Assembly (NCBI GenBank): GCA_963827685.1
Contig: CAWHBU010000003.1
Location: forward strand, 160,001 to 224,000
Direction of reading: 5' to 3'
From: an uncultured delta proteobacterium
GTDB lineage: Bacteria; Desulfobacterota; BSN033; UBA1163
Length of the DNA: 64,000 nucleotides
The position numbers were made by a program, and so were the translations under genes. Under the pieces are notes generated by a model. The model had not been told where the DNA came from and did not search any database. It saw nothing but the letters and a program-made list of their open reading frames with translations. The number at the start of each line of letters is the position of its first letter. Positions within the stretch are counted from its first letter, which is position 1. Of the stretch, positions 38,326 to 47,892 are shown in pieces.

Positions 38326-38515
38326 ACCCTGTACCTATCCCTGAGGCAAGGATTTGAAATCAAAATTTTCACCTAACTTTTGAACTTCAATCTGAGTCAA
38401 AAGAGCGTATGATGGTACAGGGTAAACCCATAGCCAAAGATATTTGTAATTTCTCTAACCTTTCCGTGATGTAAGGCACGGCTTTAATGGTACAGGGTAA
38501 AGGAGGAAAACCTCT

Positions 38516-39109
38516 ATGGTAAAGGGAAAAACAAGATCGAAGAAAAAGGAACGCACAAAGAAAAAAGTTGAGGCGAAGAAAAAGGTCCTGATCAAGAAAA
38601 AGAGCCCGACAAAGAAAAGAGAAGAAATAAAATTTGTTGGTCAGGTCAGCAAAATTCGTCAAGCCGAGCCAGCTACAGTGATCGAGTGGCCTCGATCCAT
38701 TACGCACGTTCATACCTATGGGATGCTTTCTCCTTTTTTCGAAGGCCTCAGGAAAGGAGAATTGCGAGCTACGCTTTGCCCTAACAAGAACTGTCCGGAA
38801 AACCGCCTCTGGATACCCCCCCGGGGTCATTGCCCGGACTGCCATACGGAAATGGTCTGGAAGACTTTGCCCAACCCTGTTATCGGCAAAATCTATACTT
38901 TCACCGAAGTTGTTTATGCAGGTACGGGCATTGAGCTTTCCACCCCTTACTGGCAAGTTGATGTAGAGATCCCGGGCTTAGCGACGATCCCTAAAAGCTA
39001 TCTGCTATACGGAAAGCCCGATATTGGAATGAAGGTAAAGGCTGAGTTCAGGACAAAGAATCCCACGAATACGGTACTCGACTACTACTGGGTACCTTAT
39101 GAAGGATAG
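38516..39109 (+). CDS. DUF35 zinc-ribbon/OB-fold protein with Lys-rich N-terminal extension
   Basis: FFEGLRKG, CPNKNC..PPRGHCPDC, GKIYTFT and IGMKVKAEF. Adjacent to the thiolase-like gene. Confidence 0.85.
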   Translation: MVKGKTRSKKKERTKKKVEAKKKVLIKKKSPTKKREEIKFVGQVSKIRQAEPATVIEWPRSITHVHTYGMLSPFFEGLRKGELRATLCPNKNCPENRLWIPPRGHCPDCHTEMVWKTLPNPVIGKIYTFTEVVYAGTGIELSTPYWQVDVEIPGLATIPKSYLLYGKPDIGMKVKAEFRTKNPTNTVLDYYWVPYEG

Positions 39110-39111
39110 AA

Positions 39112-39169
39112 AGTTCGGAGTAATGTAGTTCGGTGTTCGGAGCAGATTTGAAACTCCGAACTCTGAACT
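39112..39169 (+). repeat. Empty inverted AGTTCGG/CCGAACT array
   Basis: agttcgg agtaatgt agttcgg tgttcgg ag ... ctccgaact ctgaact. Confidence 0.8.
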
Positions 39170-39186
39170 GGATTTGGAGGAAAGCT

Positions 39187-40356
39187 ATGCCACTCGATTT
39201 CGATTTGACCGATGAACAACAGATTTTAAGAAAGATGGTGAGAACCTTCGCTGAAAAGGAGATTGCCCCAATTGCTCAGGAACTCGACAACAAAGAAAAA
39301 TTCTCCTATTTGCTGACAAAACGGATGGGAGAGCTTGGCCTTTTTGGCCTCTTCGTCTCTGAGGAATACGGTGGGGGTAATCTCGGTTATATCTTTTACA
39401 TCATCGCTGTTGAAGAGATCGCACGGATCGATGGTTCTCAAGCTGCGACGCTCGCTGCGGGCAACTCCCTGGGAATTTCACCGATCTATCACTATGGAAA
39501 TGAAGAGCAGAAGAAAGAATGGTTACCCGATCTCTGTAAAGGGAAGACTCTTTCCTCCTTTGGCCTGACAGAACCGAATGCTGGTTCCGATGCGGGTGCC
39601 ACAAGAACGACAGCAAAGTTGGAAGGAGATCACTGGGTTATTAATGGCTCAAAAATCTTCATTAGCAATTCCAGCACGGATATCAGTAAGGTCTGTGTGG
39701 TTCAGGCTGTGACCGGAAAGCGGGAAGACGGGAGGAATGAACTCTCTTGTATCTTGGTCCCAAATGGAACCCTTGGTTTCACCGCAGAAACGATGCACGG
39801 GAAGATGGTCTGGAGGGCCTCCAATACTGGTGAACTTTCTTTCGCTGACTGCCAAGTCCCCAGAGAGAACCTTCTCGGTCAACGGGGGGATGGGTTCCAT
39901 CAGATGCTCGCCACACTCGATGGGGGAAGGCTCAGCATTGCCGCCATGGGTTTAGGAGGAGCTCAGGGTGCTTTTGAATTGGCCCTTAAATACGCCAAAC
40001 GGCGGGAACAATTCGGAAGACCAATCGCCACATTCCAGGTTAACGCATTTAAATTGGCAGACATGACAACAGAGATCGAGATAGCAAGGCTCTTACTCTA
40101 TAAGGCCTCCTGGTTATGTGAGCAACATCGTCCTTTCTCCAAAGAAGCCGCCATGGCAAAGATGTTCTGCTCCGAAATGTATCATCGCGTAGCCAACCAG
40201 GCTGTTCAACTCCACGGCGGATACGGTTTGATGAAGGAAAATGCCGTCGAGCGCCATTATCGAAACCAGAAGCTCCTGGACATCGGAGAAGGGACTTCAG
40301 AGGTCCAAAGGATTGTCATCGCCCGGCACATCGGGGTTCCAGTAGGAACTTCATAA
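39187..40356 (+). CDS. Acyl-CoA dehydrogenase
   Basis: FGLTEPNAGSD, LDGGRLSIAA, QLHGGYG and IGEGTSEVQR. ATG after GGAGG. Confidence 0.92.
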   Translation: MPLDFDLTDEQQILRKMVRTFAEKEIAPIAQELDNKEKFSYLLTKRMGELGLFGLFVSEEYGGGNLGYIFYIIAVEEIARIDGSQAATLAAGNSLGISPIYHYGNEEQKKEWLPDLCKGKTLSSFGLTEPNAGSDAGATRTTAKLEGDHWVINGSKIFISNSSTDISKVCVVQAVTGKREDGRNELSCILVPNGTLGFTAETMHGKMVWRASNTGELSFADCQVPRENLLGQRGDGFHQMLATLDGGRLSIAAMGLGGAQGAFELALKYAKRREQFGRPIATFQVNAFKLADMTTEIEIARLLLYKASWLCEQHRPFSKEAAMAKMFCSEMYHRVANQAVQLHGGYGLMKENAVERHYRNQKLLDIGEGTSEVQRIVIARHIGVPVGTS

Positions 40357-40460
40357 ATTTATGAGTTGAGAATTATGAGTTATGAATTGCGAATGAGCAG
40401 CTATGAATTTAAGTCCTTAGTTTTTAACTCTTAATTCTTAACTCTCACCTGTTAATTCAT
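40357..40460 (+). repeat. Inverted AGTTATG/TAACTCT array
   Basis: atttatg agttgag aattatg agttatg aattgcg ... taactct taattct taactct. Confidence 0.75.
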
Positions 40461-40501
40461 CTATTGCCTCTTTTTGCTAACTTTGGTATTTTGTTGAAAC
40501 G

Positions 40502-41473
40502 ATGAGCCTGGCTAAACAAATTTTAAAGGGGGATATCCGGGCTGCTTCCAGGCTGATGAGGGATATTGACGATCGCATCCCCAGCGCCCTCGAATCATTG
40601 AAAGAACTTTATCCCAAGACAGGAAGAGCGTATATCATCGGGATCACAGGTCCTCCGGGTTCCGGTAAATCTACCATGGTGGATAAGATGGTGGACCTCT
40701 TTCGAAAGGAAGGGAAAAGCATTGGGGTTGTCGCCGTCGATCCTACCAGTCCTTTCTCCGGAGGAGCGATCCTCGGTGATCGAATTCGAATGCAACGCCA
40801 CGCCACTGATGAAGGGGTATTCATTCGCTCCCTGGCAACCCGCGGATGTCTCGGTGGACTCTCCCGGTCCACCCAAGATATTATCAATGTGATGGATGCG
40901 ATGGGAAAAGATATCATTCTGGTCGAGACGGTTGGCGTGGGACAGGACGAAGTAGAGATTGTCAACACGGCCCACACCTCCATCGTCGTCCTCGTCCCCG
41001 GATCAGGAGATGATATCCAGGCAATTAAAGCGGGCATCATTGAAATCGGAGATCTCTTTGTCGTCAATAAATGCGATCGCGAAGGCGCAGATAAGATGGA
41101 GCGAGATCTCCGAATGGTTCTCGAAATGGGCCGGAGGAAAGACGATGGCTGGGAGCCCCTCATCGTTAAAACAGAGGCGATCTTAGGGAAAGGGATTTCT
41201 GAACTGGTTGATGGAATCTATCGTCATAAGCGGGCTTTGGAACAGAGTCAGGGCTTGGAAAAAAAGTTGAAAGAAAGGACAAAGACAACCTTCTTAGAAA
41301 TCCTTGAAACCGAAGTGATGTCCCATTTCATTGAAAAAATGGAAAAAGAGGGAGAATGGGACAAGATCATCGATGACCTGATGAATCGCCGGATGGACCC
41401 TTACTCCGTAGCCCAAAAGATCATGGCCGATGAATTGACTAATTATCATTGCAAAATGAAAAATAAAAAATGA
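40502..41473 (+). CDS. meaB: Methylmalonyl-CoA mutase-associated GTPase MeaB/ArgK
   Basis: GITGPPGSGKST, VDPTSPFSGGAILGDRIRM, ETVGVGQDE and NKCD. Confidence 0.95.
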   Translation: MSLAKQILKGDIRAASRLMRDIDDRIPSALESLKELYPKTGRAYIIGITGPPGSGKSTMVDKMVDLFRKEGKSIGVVAVDPTSPFSGGAILGDRIRMQRHATDEGVFIRSLATRGCLGGLSRSTQDIINVMDAMGKDIILVETVGVGQDEVEIVNTAHTSIVVLVPGSGDDIQAIKAGIIEIGDLFVVNKCDREGADKMERDLRMVLEMGRRKDDGWEPLIVKTEAILGKGISELVDGIYRHKRALEQSQGLEKKLKERTKTTFLEILETEVMSHFIEKMEKEGEWDKIIDDLMNRRMDPYSVAQKIMADELTNYHCKMKNKK

Positions 41474-41545
41474 AACATTTTTCATGCTCTACAATGAGAT
41501 GAAATAGGAATCCAATTTTACGGATCACGAATCACGGACACGAGA
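41447..41545 (+). repeat. Chimeric array: TGCAAAA left arm (inside meaB 3' end) plus CACGAAT right arm
   Basis: cattgcaaaatgaaaaataaaaaatgaaa ... ttacgga tcacgaa tcacgga cacgag. Confidence 0.65.
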
Positions 41546-41561
41546 GGAGGGAGAAACCTTC

Positions 41562-43136
41562 ATGAGATCTATCGATGCGATTCGAAAGGAGCTCGAAAAA
41601 AGAAGACGTGAAGCATCCTGGGGTGGGGGTCAAGAAAAAATCGAAAAACAACATCGCGGCGGAAAACTGACTGCCCGCGAACGCATCGATCTTCTCCTTG
41701 ACGCCGGGACCTTTGTTGAGCTGGACCGCTTTGTCACCCATCATTGCACCGATTTTGGGATGGAGAAGAAGAAGTTTTTTGGGGACGGCGTGGTAACGGG
41801 CTATGGAAAGATCGAAGGCCGTCTCGCATTCGTTTTTTCTCAAGATTTTACCGTATTCGGTGGGGCCTTGGGAATGGCTTTTGCTCAAAAGATTTGCAAA
41901 GTGATGGACCTCGCCATGAAGACAAGAGCACCACTGATCGGCCTAAACGACTCCGGAGGGGCGAGGATTCAAGAGGGCGTCGAGAGCTTGGCGGGTTATG
42001 CCTACATCTTTTTAAGGAATGTGCTTGCCTCCGGCGTCATCCCGCAAATCTCTGCCATCATGGGGCCCTGTGCAGGGGGGGCGGTTTACTCCCCTGCCAT
42101 GACCGATTTCATTCTAATGACCAAAAAGACAAGTTATATGCATATCACTGGTCCTGATGTCATCCGGGCAGCCCAGGGCAAAACAGAGGCTCCGGATGGA
42201 AAGCCTATTACCTCCGAACTCTTGGGTGGAGCAAAGGTCCATATGGAAAAAAGTGGGGTGGCCCATTTTGCAGGCGAGAATGACGAGGATACGATTCGCT
42301 TCATCAAAGAGTTGCTCCGATTCTTCCCGCAGAATAACCGTGACAAGCCGCCGATCATCGAATGTGCAGATGATCCCAATCGAATGGATGAATCGTTAAA
42401 GACCGCCGTCCCGGAAGATTCCAAAAAAGCATACGACATGAAAAAAGTGATCTTGCCCACTGTGGATGATGGCTATTTCCTTGAAGTCCAGAAAGATTGG
42501 GCCAAAAACATCATCGTCGGCTTTGCCCGCTATAACGGAATGCCCGTAGGGATCGTCGCCAATCAACCCAATTGGCTGGCCGGATCTCTTGACCCGGATT
42601 CTTCAGTGAAGGCGGGCCGATTTGTTCGTTTTTGTGACTGCTTCAACATTCCCATTGTCACCTTCGTCGATGTTCCGGGTTTCCTCCCTGGAATAGATAT
42701 GGAGGAAAGAGGAATCATTCGACACGGATCTAAACTCCTTTACGCATTTTGTGAAGCGACTGTTCCAAAGATTACGATCATTACCCGTAAAGGTTACGGG
42801 GGAGCCTATGATGTGATGTCGAGTAAACATATCCGGGGAGATATCAATTACTGTTACCCCACTGCCGAAATCGCCGTCATGGGTGCAGACGGGGCGGTGA
42901 ATATCATCTTCCGAAACGACATCAAAGAGGCGAAAGATCCGAAGGAGACGCGCCACCGGCTGGTCGCCGAATATCAAGAGAAATTTGCCAGTCCTTATAA
43001 GGCAGCAGAATTAGGGTATGTGGATGAGATCATCGAACCCGAGGAAACCCGTCCCAAAATCATCCAGGCTCTGGATATTTTGAAGACCAAAGTCGATACC
43101 AATCCCTGGCGGAAACACGGAAACATACCGCTGTAA
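41562..43136 (+). CDS. Acyl-CoA carboxyltransferase (propionyl-CoA carboxylase beta / methylmalonyl-CoA decarboxylase alpha)
   Basis: [31 protein letters not shown] and RKHGNIPL. Confidence 0.93.
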   Translation: MRSIDAIRKELEKRRREASWGGGQEKIEKQHRGGKLTARERIDLLLDAGTFVELDRFVTHHCTDFGMEKKKFFGDGVVTGYGKIEGRLAFVFSQDFTVFGGALGMAFAQKICKVMDLAMKTRAPLIGLNDSGGARIQEGVESLAGYAYIFLRNVLASGVIPQISAIMGPCAGGAVYSPAMTDFILMTKKTSYMHITGPDVIRAAQGKTEAPDGKPITSELLGGAKVHMEKSGVAHFAGENDEDTIRFIKELLRFFPQNNRDKPPIIECADDPNRMDESLKTAVPEDSKKAYDMKKVILPTVDDGYFLEVQKDWAKNIIVGFARYNGMPVGIVANQPNWLAGSLDPDSSVKAGRFVRFCDCFNIPIVTFVDVPGFLPGIDMEERGIIRHGSKLLYAFCEATVPKITIITRKGYGGAYDVMSSKHIRGDINYCYPTAEIAVMGADGAVNIIFRNDIKEAKDPKETRHRLVAEYQEKFASPYKAAELGYVDEIIEPEETRPKIIQALDILKTKVDTNPWRKHGNIPL

Positions 43137-43175
43137 CCCCCCTATCCCCCCTTTACTAAAGGGGGGTTGTGGGGA
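43134..43175. repeat. C-rich/G-rich REP-like hairpin
   Basis: taacccccctatcccccctttactaaaggggggttgtgggga. Confidence 0.7.
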
Positions 43176-43192
43176 TTTCGATGGAGCAAAGC

Positions 43193-44848
43193 ATGCCCAA
43201 GAACATTCGAGATGAATTTGAACGATGGGAAAAAACGACTCTTCAGAAAGCCATCTCAAAATCACCCGAACGAGAACCTTCTTTCAAAACTACTTCCCAT
43301 ATTGAATTAAAACGACTCTATACTCCCCTGGATGTCGCTGATTCGGACACCTGCGGTGGATTGGGGTTTCCCGGAGAGTTCCCTTTCACGCGAGGAGTCC
43401 AGCCGACCATGCATCGGGGGCGTCTCTGGACCATGCGCCAGTATGCAGGGTTTGCTACCCCCGAGGAGACGAATAAGCGATACAAATATCTCTTGGAACA
43501 TGGACAAACCGGGTTAAGCGTTGCCTTCGACCTTCCCACGCAGATCGGCTACGATTCCGACCACCCTTTATCCGACGGCGAAGTTGGGAAGGTCGGTGTC
43601 GCGATCGATACCCTGAAAGACATGGAGATTCTTTTTGATGGCATCCCCTTGGACAAAGTTTCCACGTCCATGACGATCAACTCCACAGCGGCCATTCTTC
43701 TCACGATGTATATGGCCGTGGCAGAAAAACAGGGGGTTAAAAGCGAAGTCCTTCAGGGGACGATCCAGAATGATATTTTGAAAGAATATGCAGCAAGAGG
43801 AACTTATATCTATCCACCCCTCGAATCGATGCGCATCGTCACTGATATCTTTGCATTTTGTAAAGACCGTCTCCCCCGATGGAATACCATCAGCATCAGC
43901 GGCTATCACATGCGTGAGGCAGGGTGCACGGCTGTCCAGGAAGTGGCTTTTACTCTGGCCGATGGCATGGCTTATGTGGAGGCAGCGATTCGGGCAGGTC
44001 TTGATGTGGATTCCTTCGCCTCCCGGCTCGCCTTCTTCTTCTGCTGCCATAACACCTTCATCGAAGAGATCGCAAAATTCAGGGCAGCCCGAAGGCTCTG
44101 GGCAAAAATCATGAAGGGACGCTTTAAAGCAAAAAGGGACGAGTCCTGCATGCTGCGGTTTCATACTCAGACGGCCGGTTGTTCCCTCACCGCTCAACAA
44201 CCCGACAACAACGTCGTGCGAGTTGCCTTCCAGGCTCTGGCTGCCGTGTTAGGAGGAACGCAGTCGCTTCACTCCAATTCCAGAGACGAAGCCTATTCCC
44301 TACCTACAGAAGACTCTGTCCGGCTTGCATTGAGAACCCAGCAGCTCATTGCCTATGAAAGCGGTGTCGCCGATATGATCGATCCCCTTGGAGGTTCTTA
44401 TGCCGTGGAGGCCCTTACGGATGAGATAGAAAAAAAGGCAATGGAATATATCGAAAAGATCGAAGCCATGGGAGGAGCTATCAAAGCCATCGAATCAGGT
44501 TATATTCAGGGAGAGATTGGTGAAAGCGCTTATCAATATCAGAAGGAAATCGAAACCAAAAAGCGGATCATTGTTGGATTGAACCAGTTTCAGATGGAAG
44601 AAGAACCTCTCAGGGATATCCTTCGTATCAAACCTGAGGTGGAACAATACCAGAAGGAAAGACTGGCCAGGGTTAAAAAAGAAAGAAACAACACGAAAGC
44701 GAAGGAGACCTTAGCTGTCCTAAAGAAGGCAGCCCAGGGAACGGACAATGTAGTGCCTCCCATTTTAGAGGCGGTCAAGGCTTATGCCACCCTGGGAGAA
44801 ATCTCAGACACCTTGAGAGAAGTATTCGGGGAGTATAGAGAAAGATGA
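43193..44848 (+). CDS. mcmA: Methylmalonyl-CoA mutase large subunit
   Basis: WTMRQYAGF (Tyr), [11 protein letters not shown] (Arg) and [10 protein letters not shown]. Confidence 0.9.
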   Translation: MPKNIRDEFERWEKTTLQKAISKSPEREPSFKTTSHIELKRLYTPLDVADSDTCGGLGFPGEFPFTRGVQPTMHRGRLWTMRQYAGFATPEETNKRYKYLLEHGQTGLSVAFDLPTQIGYDSDHPLSDGEVGKVGVAIDTLKDMEILFDGIPLDKVSTSMTINSTAAILLTMYMAVAEKQGVKSEVLQGTIQNDILKEYAARGTYIYPPLESMRIVTDIFAFCKDRLPRWNTISISGYHMREAGCTAVQEVAFTLADGMAYVEAAIRAGLDVDSFASRLAFFFCCHNTFIEEIAKFRAARRLWAKIMKGRFKAKRDESCMLRFHTQTAGCSLTAQQPDNNVVRVAFQALAAVLGGTQSLHSNSRDEAYSLPTEDSVRLALRTQQLIAYESGVADMIDPLGGSYAVEALTDEIEKKAMEYIEKIEAMGGAIKAIESGYIQGEIGESAYQYQKEIETKKRIIVGLNQFQMEEEPLRDILRIKPEVEQYQKERLARVKKERNNTKAKETLAVLKKAAQGTDNVVPPILEAVKAYATLGEISDTLREVFGEYRER

Positions 44849-44849
44849 A

Positions 44850-44911
44850 AGTTCGGAGTTCGGAGCATTTGTGAGTAAAACTCCGAACTCATGACTCCTT
44901 ACTCCGAACTC
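44850..44911 (+). repeat. Empty inverted AGTTCGG/CCGAACT array
   Basis: agttcgg agttcgg ag ... ctccgaact catgact ccttact ccgaact. Confidence 0.8.
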
Positions 44912-44927
44912 TCGACGGAGGAGAGAA

Positions 44928-45323
44928 ATGGCTCGGAAGATTCGAGTGCTCATTGCGAAGCCAGGGTTGGACGGACACGACAGGGGTGCAAAGGTGATTG
45001 CACGAGCCTTGAGAGATGCAGGGATGGAAGTGATCTATACCGGAATACGACAGACCCCTGAGCAGATTGCGAACGCTGCCATTCAGGAAGACGTCGATAT
45101 CGTAGGCCTCTCCAGTCTCTCCGGTGCCCACAACAATCTCTTCCCAAAGGTTGTTCAGATTCTCAAAGAAAAAAAGGCGGAAGATATCCTCGTTTTTGGA
45201 GGAGGAATCATCCCGGTCGATGACATTCCAGGACTGAAAGAAGCTGGAATTCGGGAGATCTTTCAGCCCGGTGCCTCCACAGAAGAAATTATTAAATATA
45301 TCAAAGAAAATGTGGAACGATGA
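44928..45323 (+). CDS. mcmB: Methylmalonyl-CoA mutase cobalamin-binding subunit
   Basis: [10 protein letters not shown] and GLSSLSGAH. Confidence 0.9.
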   Translation: MARKIRVLIAKPGLDGHDRGAKVIARALRDAGMEVIYTGIRQTPEQIANAAIQEDVDIVGLSSLSGAHNNLFPKVVQILKEKKAEDILVFGGGIIPVDDIPGLKEAGIREIFQPGASTEEIIKYIKENVER

Positions 45324-45388
45324 TTTAGGGATTTAGGGATTTTGAATTCCTTAATTCCTTAATTCCTCAATTCCTTAATTCCTTAATT
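45322..45388 (+). repeat. Inverted 8-mer array (GATTTAGG/AATTCCTT)
   Basis: gatttagg gatttagg gattttg | aattcctt aattcctt aattcctc aattcctt aattcctt. Confidence 0.85.
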
Positions 45389-45405
45389 AAGTAAGGGAGG
45401 ACTGC

Positions 45406-45816
45406 ATGCTTAAGAAGATCAACCATATTGCCATCGCCGTGAACAACATCGAGGAGGCAGCCGAATTCTACCAGAACGTCCTAGGTCTTAATCTCTCAGG
45501 GGTTGAGGTGGTTGCCGCCCAAAAGACGAGGGTGGGATTTCTTAAGATTGGGGAGTCCAATATTGAATTGGTCCAGCCTGCCGAACCGGACTCTCCTCTT
45601 GTGAAATTTTTAGAGACCAAAGGCCAGGGAATCCATCACATCTGTTTTGAGGTCGATGATGTGGAAGCAGAGGTGAAGGCCTATCTCGAGAAGGGGGCGG
45701 CGCTGATTGATCAGAAACCAAGACCCGGGGCTCACAACACCAAAGTCGCTTTCATCCACCCCAAATCCTCAAATGGCGTCCTCATCGAACTTTGCGAACT
45801 TCCAAAGGGCCACTAA
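45406..45816 (+). CDS. mce: Methylmalonyl-CoA epimerase
   Basis: INHIAIAV, IELVQP, GQGIHHICFEVDD and AFIHPK..GVLIEL. Confidence 0.94.
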   Translation: MLKKINHIAIAVNNIEEAAEFYQNVLGLNLSGVEVVAAQKTRVGFLKIGESNIELVQPAEPDSPLVKFLETKGQGIHHICFEVDDVEAEVKAYLEKGAALIDQKPRPGAHNTKVAFIHPKSSNGVLIELCELPKGH

Positions 45817-46136
45817 ACTACCCTCGCCTTCAAGGCGAGGGGTTTGAAATAACAGGTCGACTTGAAGTCGACCTTGCCCGTTCTCCTTCTTTCGTCCGTC
45901 ATTCCCGCGCAAGCAGGAATCCAGTTCTTATTGGTTCCCTGCCTTCGCAGTGGCAGCGTCCTGGATTCCCGTTTTCACGGGAATGACAATGGTGATGCTA
46001 TATTGTTCAGAGGCTCATGGTCGGCTTCATCTCAATCCCATGAAGAATATATCACCAAGGGTGGCCGACCATTTCGCAAAATCTTTACTTCGCCTCAAGG
46101 CGAGGGGTTTCCACCATCCCCGATGGTGACACTAAA
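45811..46136. mobile_element. Non-autonomous IS200/IS605-like element (PATE/MITE) bounded by CACTAAA direct repeats
   Basis: Near-identical subterminal hairpins ccctcgccttcaaggcgaggggttt and cttcgcctcaaggcgaggggttt. CACTAAA at 45811 and 46130. No transposase ORF. Confidence 0.65.
45898..45987. repeat. Inverted pair of dRS3-like ATTCCC-N8-GGGAAT repeats
   Basis: gtcattcccgcgcaagcaggaatccag ... ctggattcccgttttcacgggaatgac. Confidence 0.8.
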
Positions 46137-46267
46137 TTACTCTGTTCCCCTTTATTATAATGAAAGACTTCACTCCGAGGATCATAGTGGGATTAATTAG
46201 CGTCAGGCTGTTCTGTTAGATAGAAGCAGGTAAGAAGTCATTATTATGGATAAATCGGAGGTCTCGC

Positions 46268-47518
46268 ATGAAGGAAGAAGCGGAAAAACTGTATCAAGAA
46301 AGAGAGAAGAGATTCGATGATGTCGTGGCACTTCGCGTGCCGGACAGGGTCCCAATCATGGTGTCCTGGGGATTTCTGCCGGCCTTACAGGCTGGTATGA
46401 CTATCCAAGAGGTGATGTATGATCCCGAAAAGTTGTGGACATCGCAGTGGGACTTCACGCACAAGTTTCAACCTGACATGGAGCAGAACCCGTATGGTCT
46501 CCGGTTTCTTGGGCCTGTACTCGATGCTCTTGATTTCAAACAGTTGAAATGGGCTGGTCGCGGTCTTGGGCCAAACACATCGTATCAGTTTGTCGAAGCG
46601 GAGTACATGAAAGCGGAGGAGTACGACTGGTTCCTCGACAACCCTTCTGATTTCATCATCAGGCGCCATTTGCCCCGCATCTGCGGCCGATTAAAAGGAT
46701 TGGAGGTGCTGCCAACGCTCCACAATTTCATTACCTACTACATGGGTATCCCTTTTGGCTTAATCCCCTTCACGTCGCCAGAGGTTACGGATGCCTTGAA
46801 CGCCTTGCGGGAAGCAGGGAACGAAGCGATACGGCTCGCCTCCTATTCTCGCCGCTTTGCCGAAAAAGCAAAAGAAGAAGGCTTCCCTCTTCAATTTGGT
46901 GGAATGACACAGGCCCCCTTTGACACATTGGGTGATTTCTTGCGAGGCACAAAAGAACTGATGCTCGATTTGTACCGGAGGCCGGAGAAGGTAATCAAGA
47001 CATGTGAGAAGCTTTTGCCCTACATGTTTGACCTGGCCGTCGGACCCGCCAGGGCTTCAGGGAATCCGCGCATCTTCATACCGCTCCACAAAGGTCTCGA
47101 CGGCTTTATGTCCCTTGAGCAGTTCAATAAATTCTTCTGGCCAACTCTGCGCGAGCTGATGGTGGCCATGATTAACGAAGGTCTCGTTCCTATCCCGTTC
47201 TTTGAGGGGAACTGCGAGTCGCGCCTTGAGATCATCAAGGATATTCCTGCCGGAAAGGCCTGCTACAAATTTGAAGCCACCGATATGCTGAAGGCCAAGA
47301 AGGTGCTGAGAGACACAGTTTGCATTAGGGGAAATGTACCCCTGTCCATCTTAGCAACGGGTACACCAGATCAAGTGCGGCAGTACTGTAAGAAACTGAT
47401 CGACACGGCAGGCAAAGACGGAGGATACATCATGGATTCATCCACAGGACTCGACGATGCAAAACCGGAGAACGTAAAAGCGATGTTCCAGTTCACAAAG
47501 GAATCCGGTGTCTACTGA
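46268..47518 (+). CDS. Uroporphyrinogen-decarboxylase/MtaA-like superfamily protein
   Basis: PDRVP, APFDTLGDFLRG, DLYRRPE, GFMSLEQFNKFFWP, CIRGNVP, GGYIM and AKPENV. Confidence 0.85.
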   Translation: MKEEAEKLYQEREKRFDDVVALRVPDRVPIMVSWGFLPALQAGMTIQEVMYDPEKLWTSQWDFTHKFQPDMEQNPYGLRFLGPVLDALDFKQLKWAGRGLGPNTSYQFVEAEYMKAEEYDWFLDNPSDFIIRRHLPRICGRLKGLEVLPTLHNFITYYMGIPFGLIPFTSPEVTDALNALREAGNEAIRLASYSRRFAEKAKEEGFPLQFGGMTQAPFDTLGDFLRGTKELMLDLYRRPEKVIKTCEKLLPYMFDLAVGPARASGNPRIFIPLHKGLDGFMSLEQFNKFFWPTLRELMVAMINEGLVPIPFFEGNCESRLEIIKDIPAGKACYKFEATDMLKAKKVLRDTVCIRGNVPLSILATGTPDQVRQYCKKLIDTAGKDGGYIMDSSTGLDDAKPENVKAMFQFTKESGVY

Positions 47519-47808
47519 GTCAAAAACGAGGGGGACGTAGGTTCAAAAACAACTTAAGTCCGGGGACCTAGTTGAATTCTTTCACTTATTTTTCATTTCA
47601 GAAATCTCATCCACCCTCATCTTTCAATTGTTCTGGAGCGTGCTCCTACTAAAAACGTGACCGTGTCCGTGGCGCGTGAAGGTTTATAGAAAATTAAAAT
47701 CACCCCCTCACCCTCTCCAACATGGGGAGAGGGATGTAACAGGAGTTTGTGAGGATGGCATAATCTACCAGAAAGGCAGGTATAAATCAAATCGAATCAG
47801 GACGCATA

Positions 47809-47849
47809 AAGAAGGGAGGGACCCAGGGAAACCTGGTCCCTCCCTTCTT
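47809..47849 (-). terminator. Rho-independent terminator (possibly bidirectional)
   Basis: aagaagggagggac..gtccctcccttctt stem between convergent genes. Confidence 0.65.
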
Positions 47850-47892
47850 AGAGAATAATTAAATGCATAACCCAGGTACGTTGGGGTCTGGG

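Noticed and set aside
45862-46200. 112-aa ORF inside the IS-like relic as a transposase
   Set aside because: It is a translation of dRS3-like and hairpin repeats (VIPAQAGIQ, LDSRFHGND) with no HUH or RuvC motifs.
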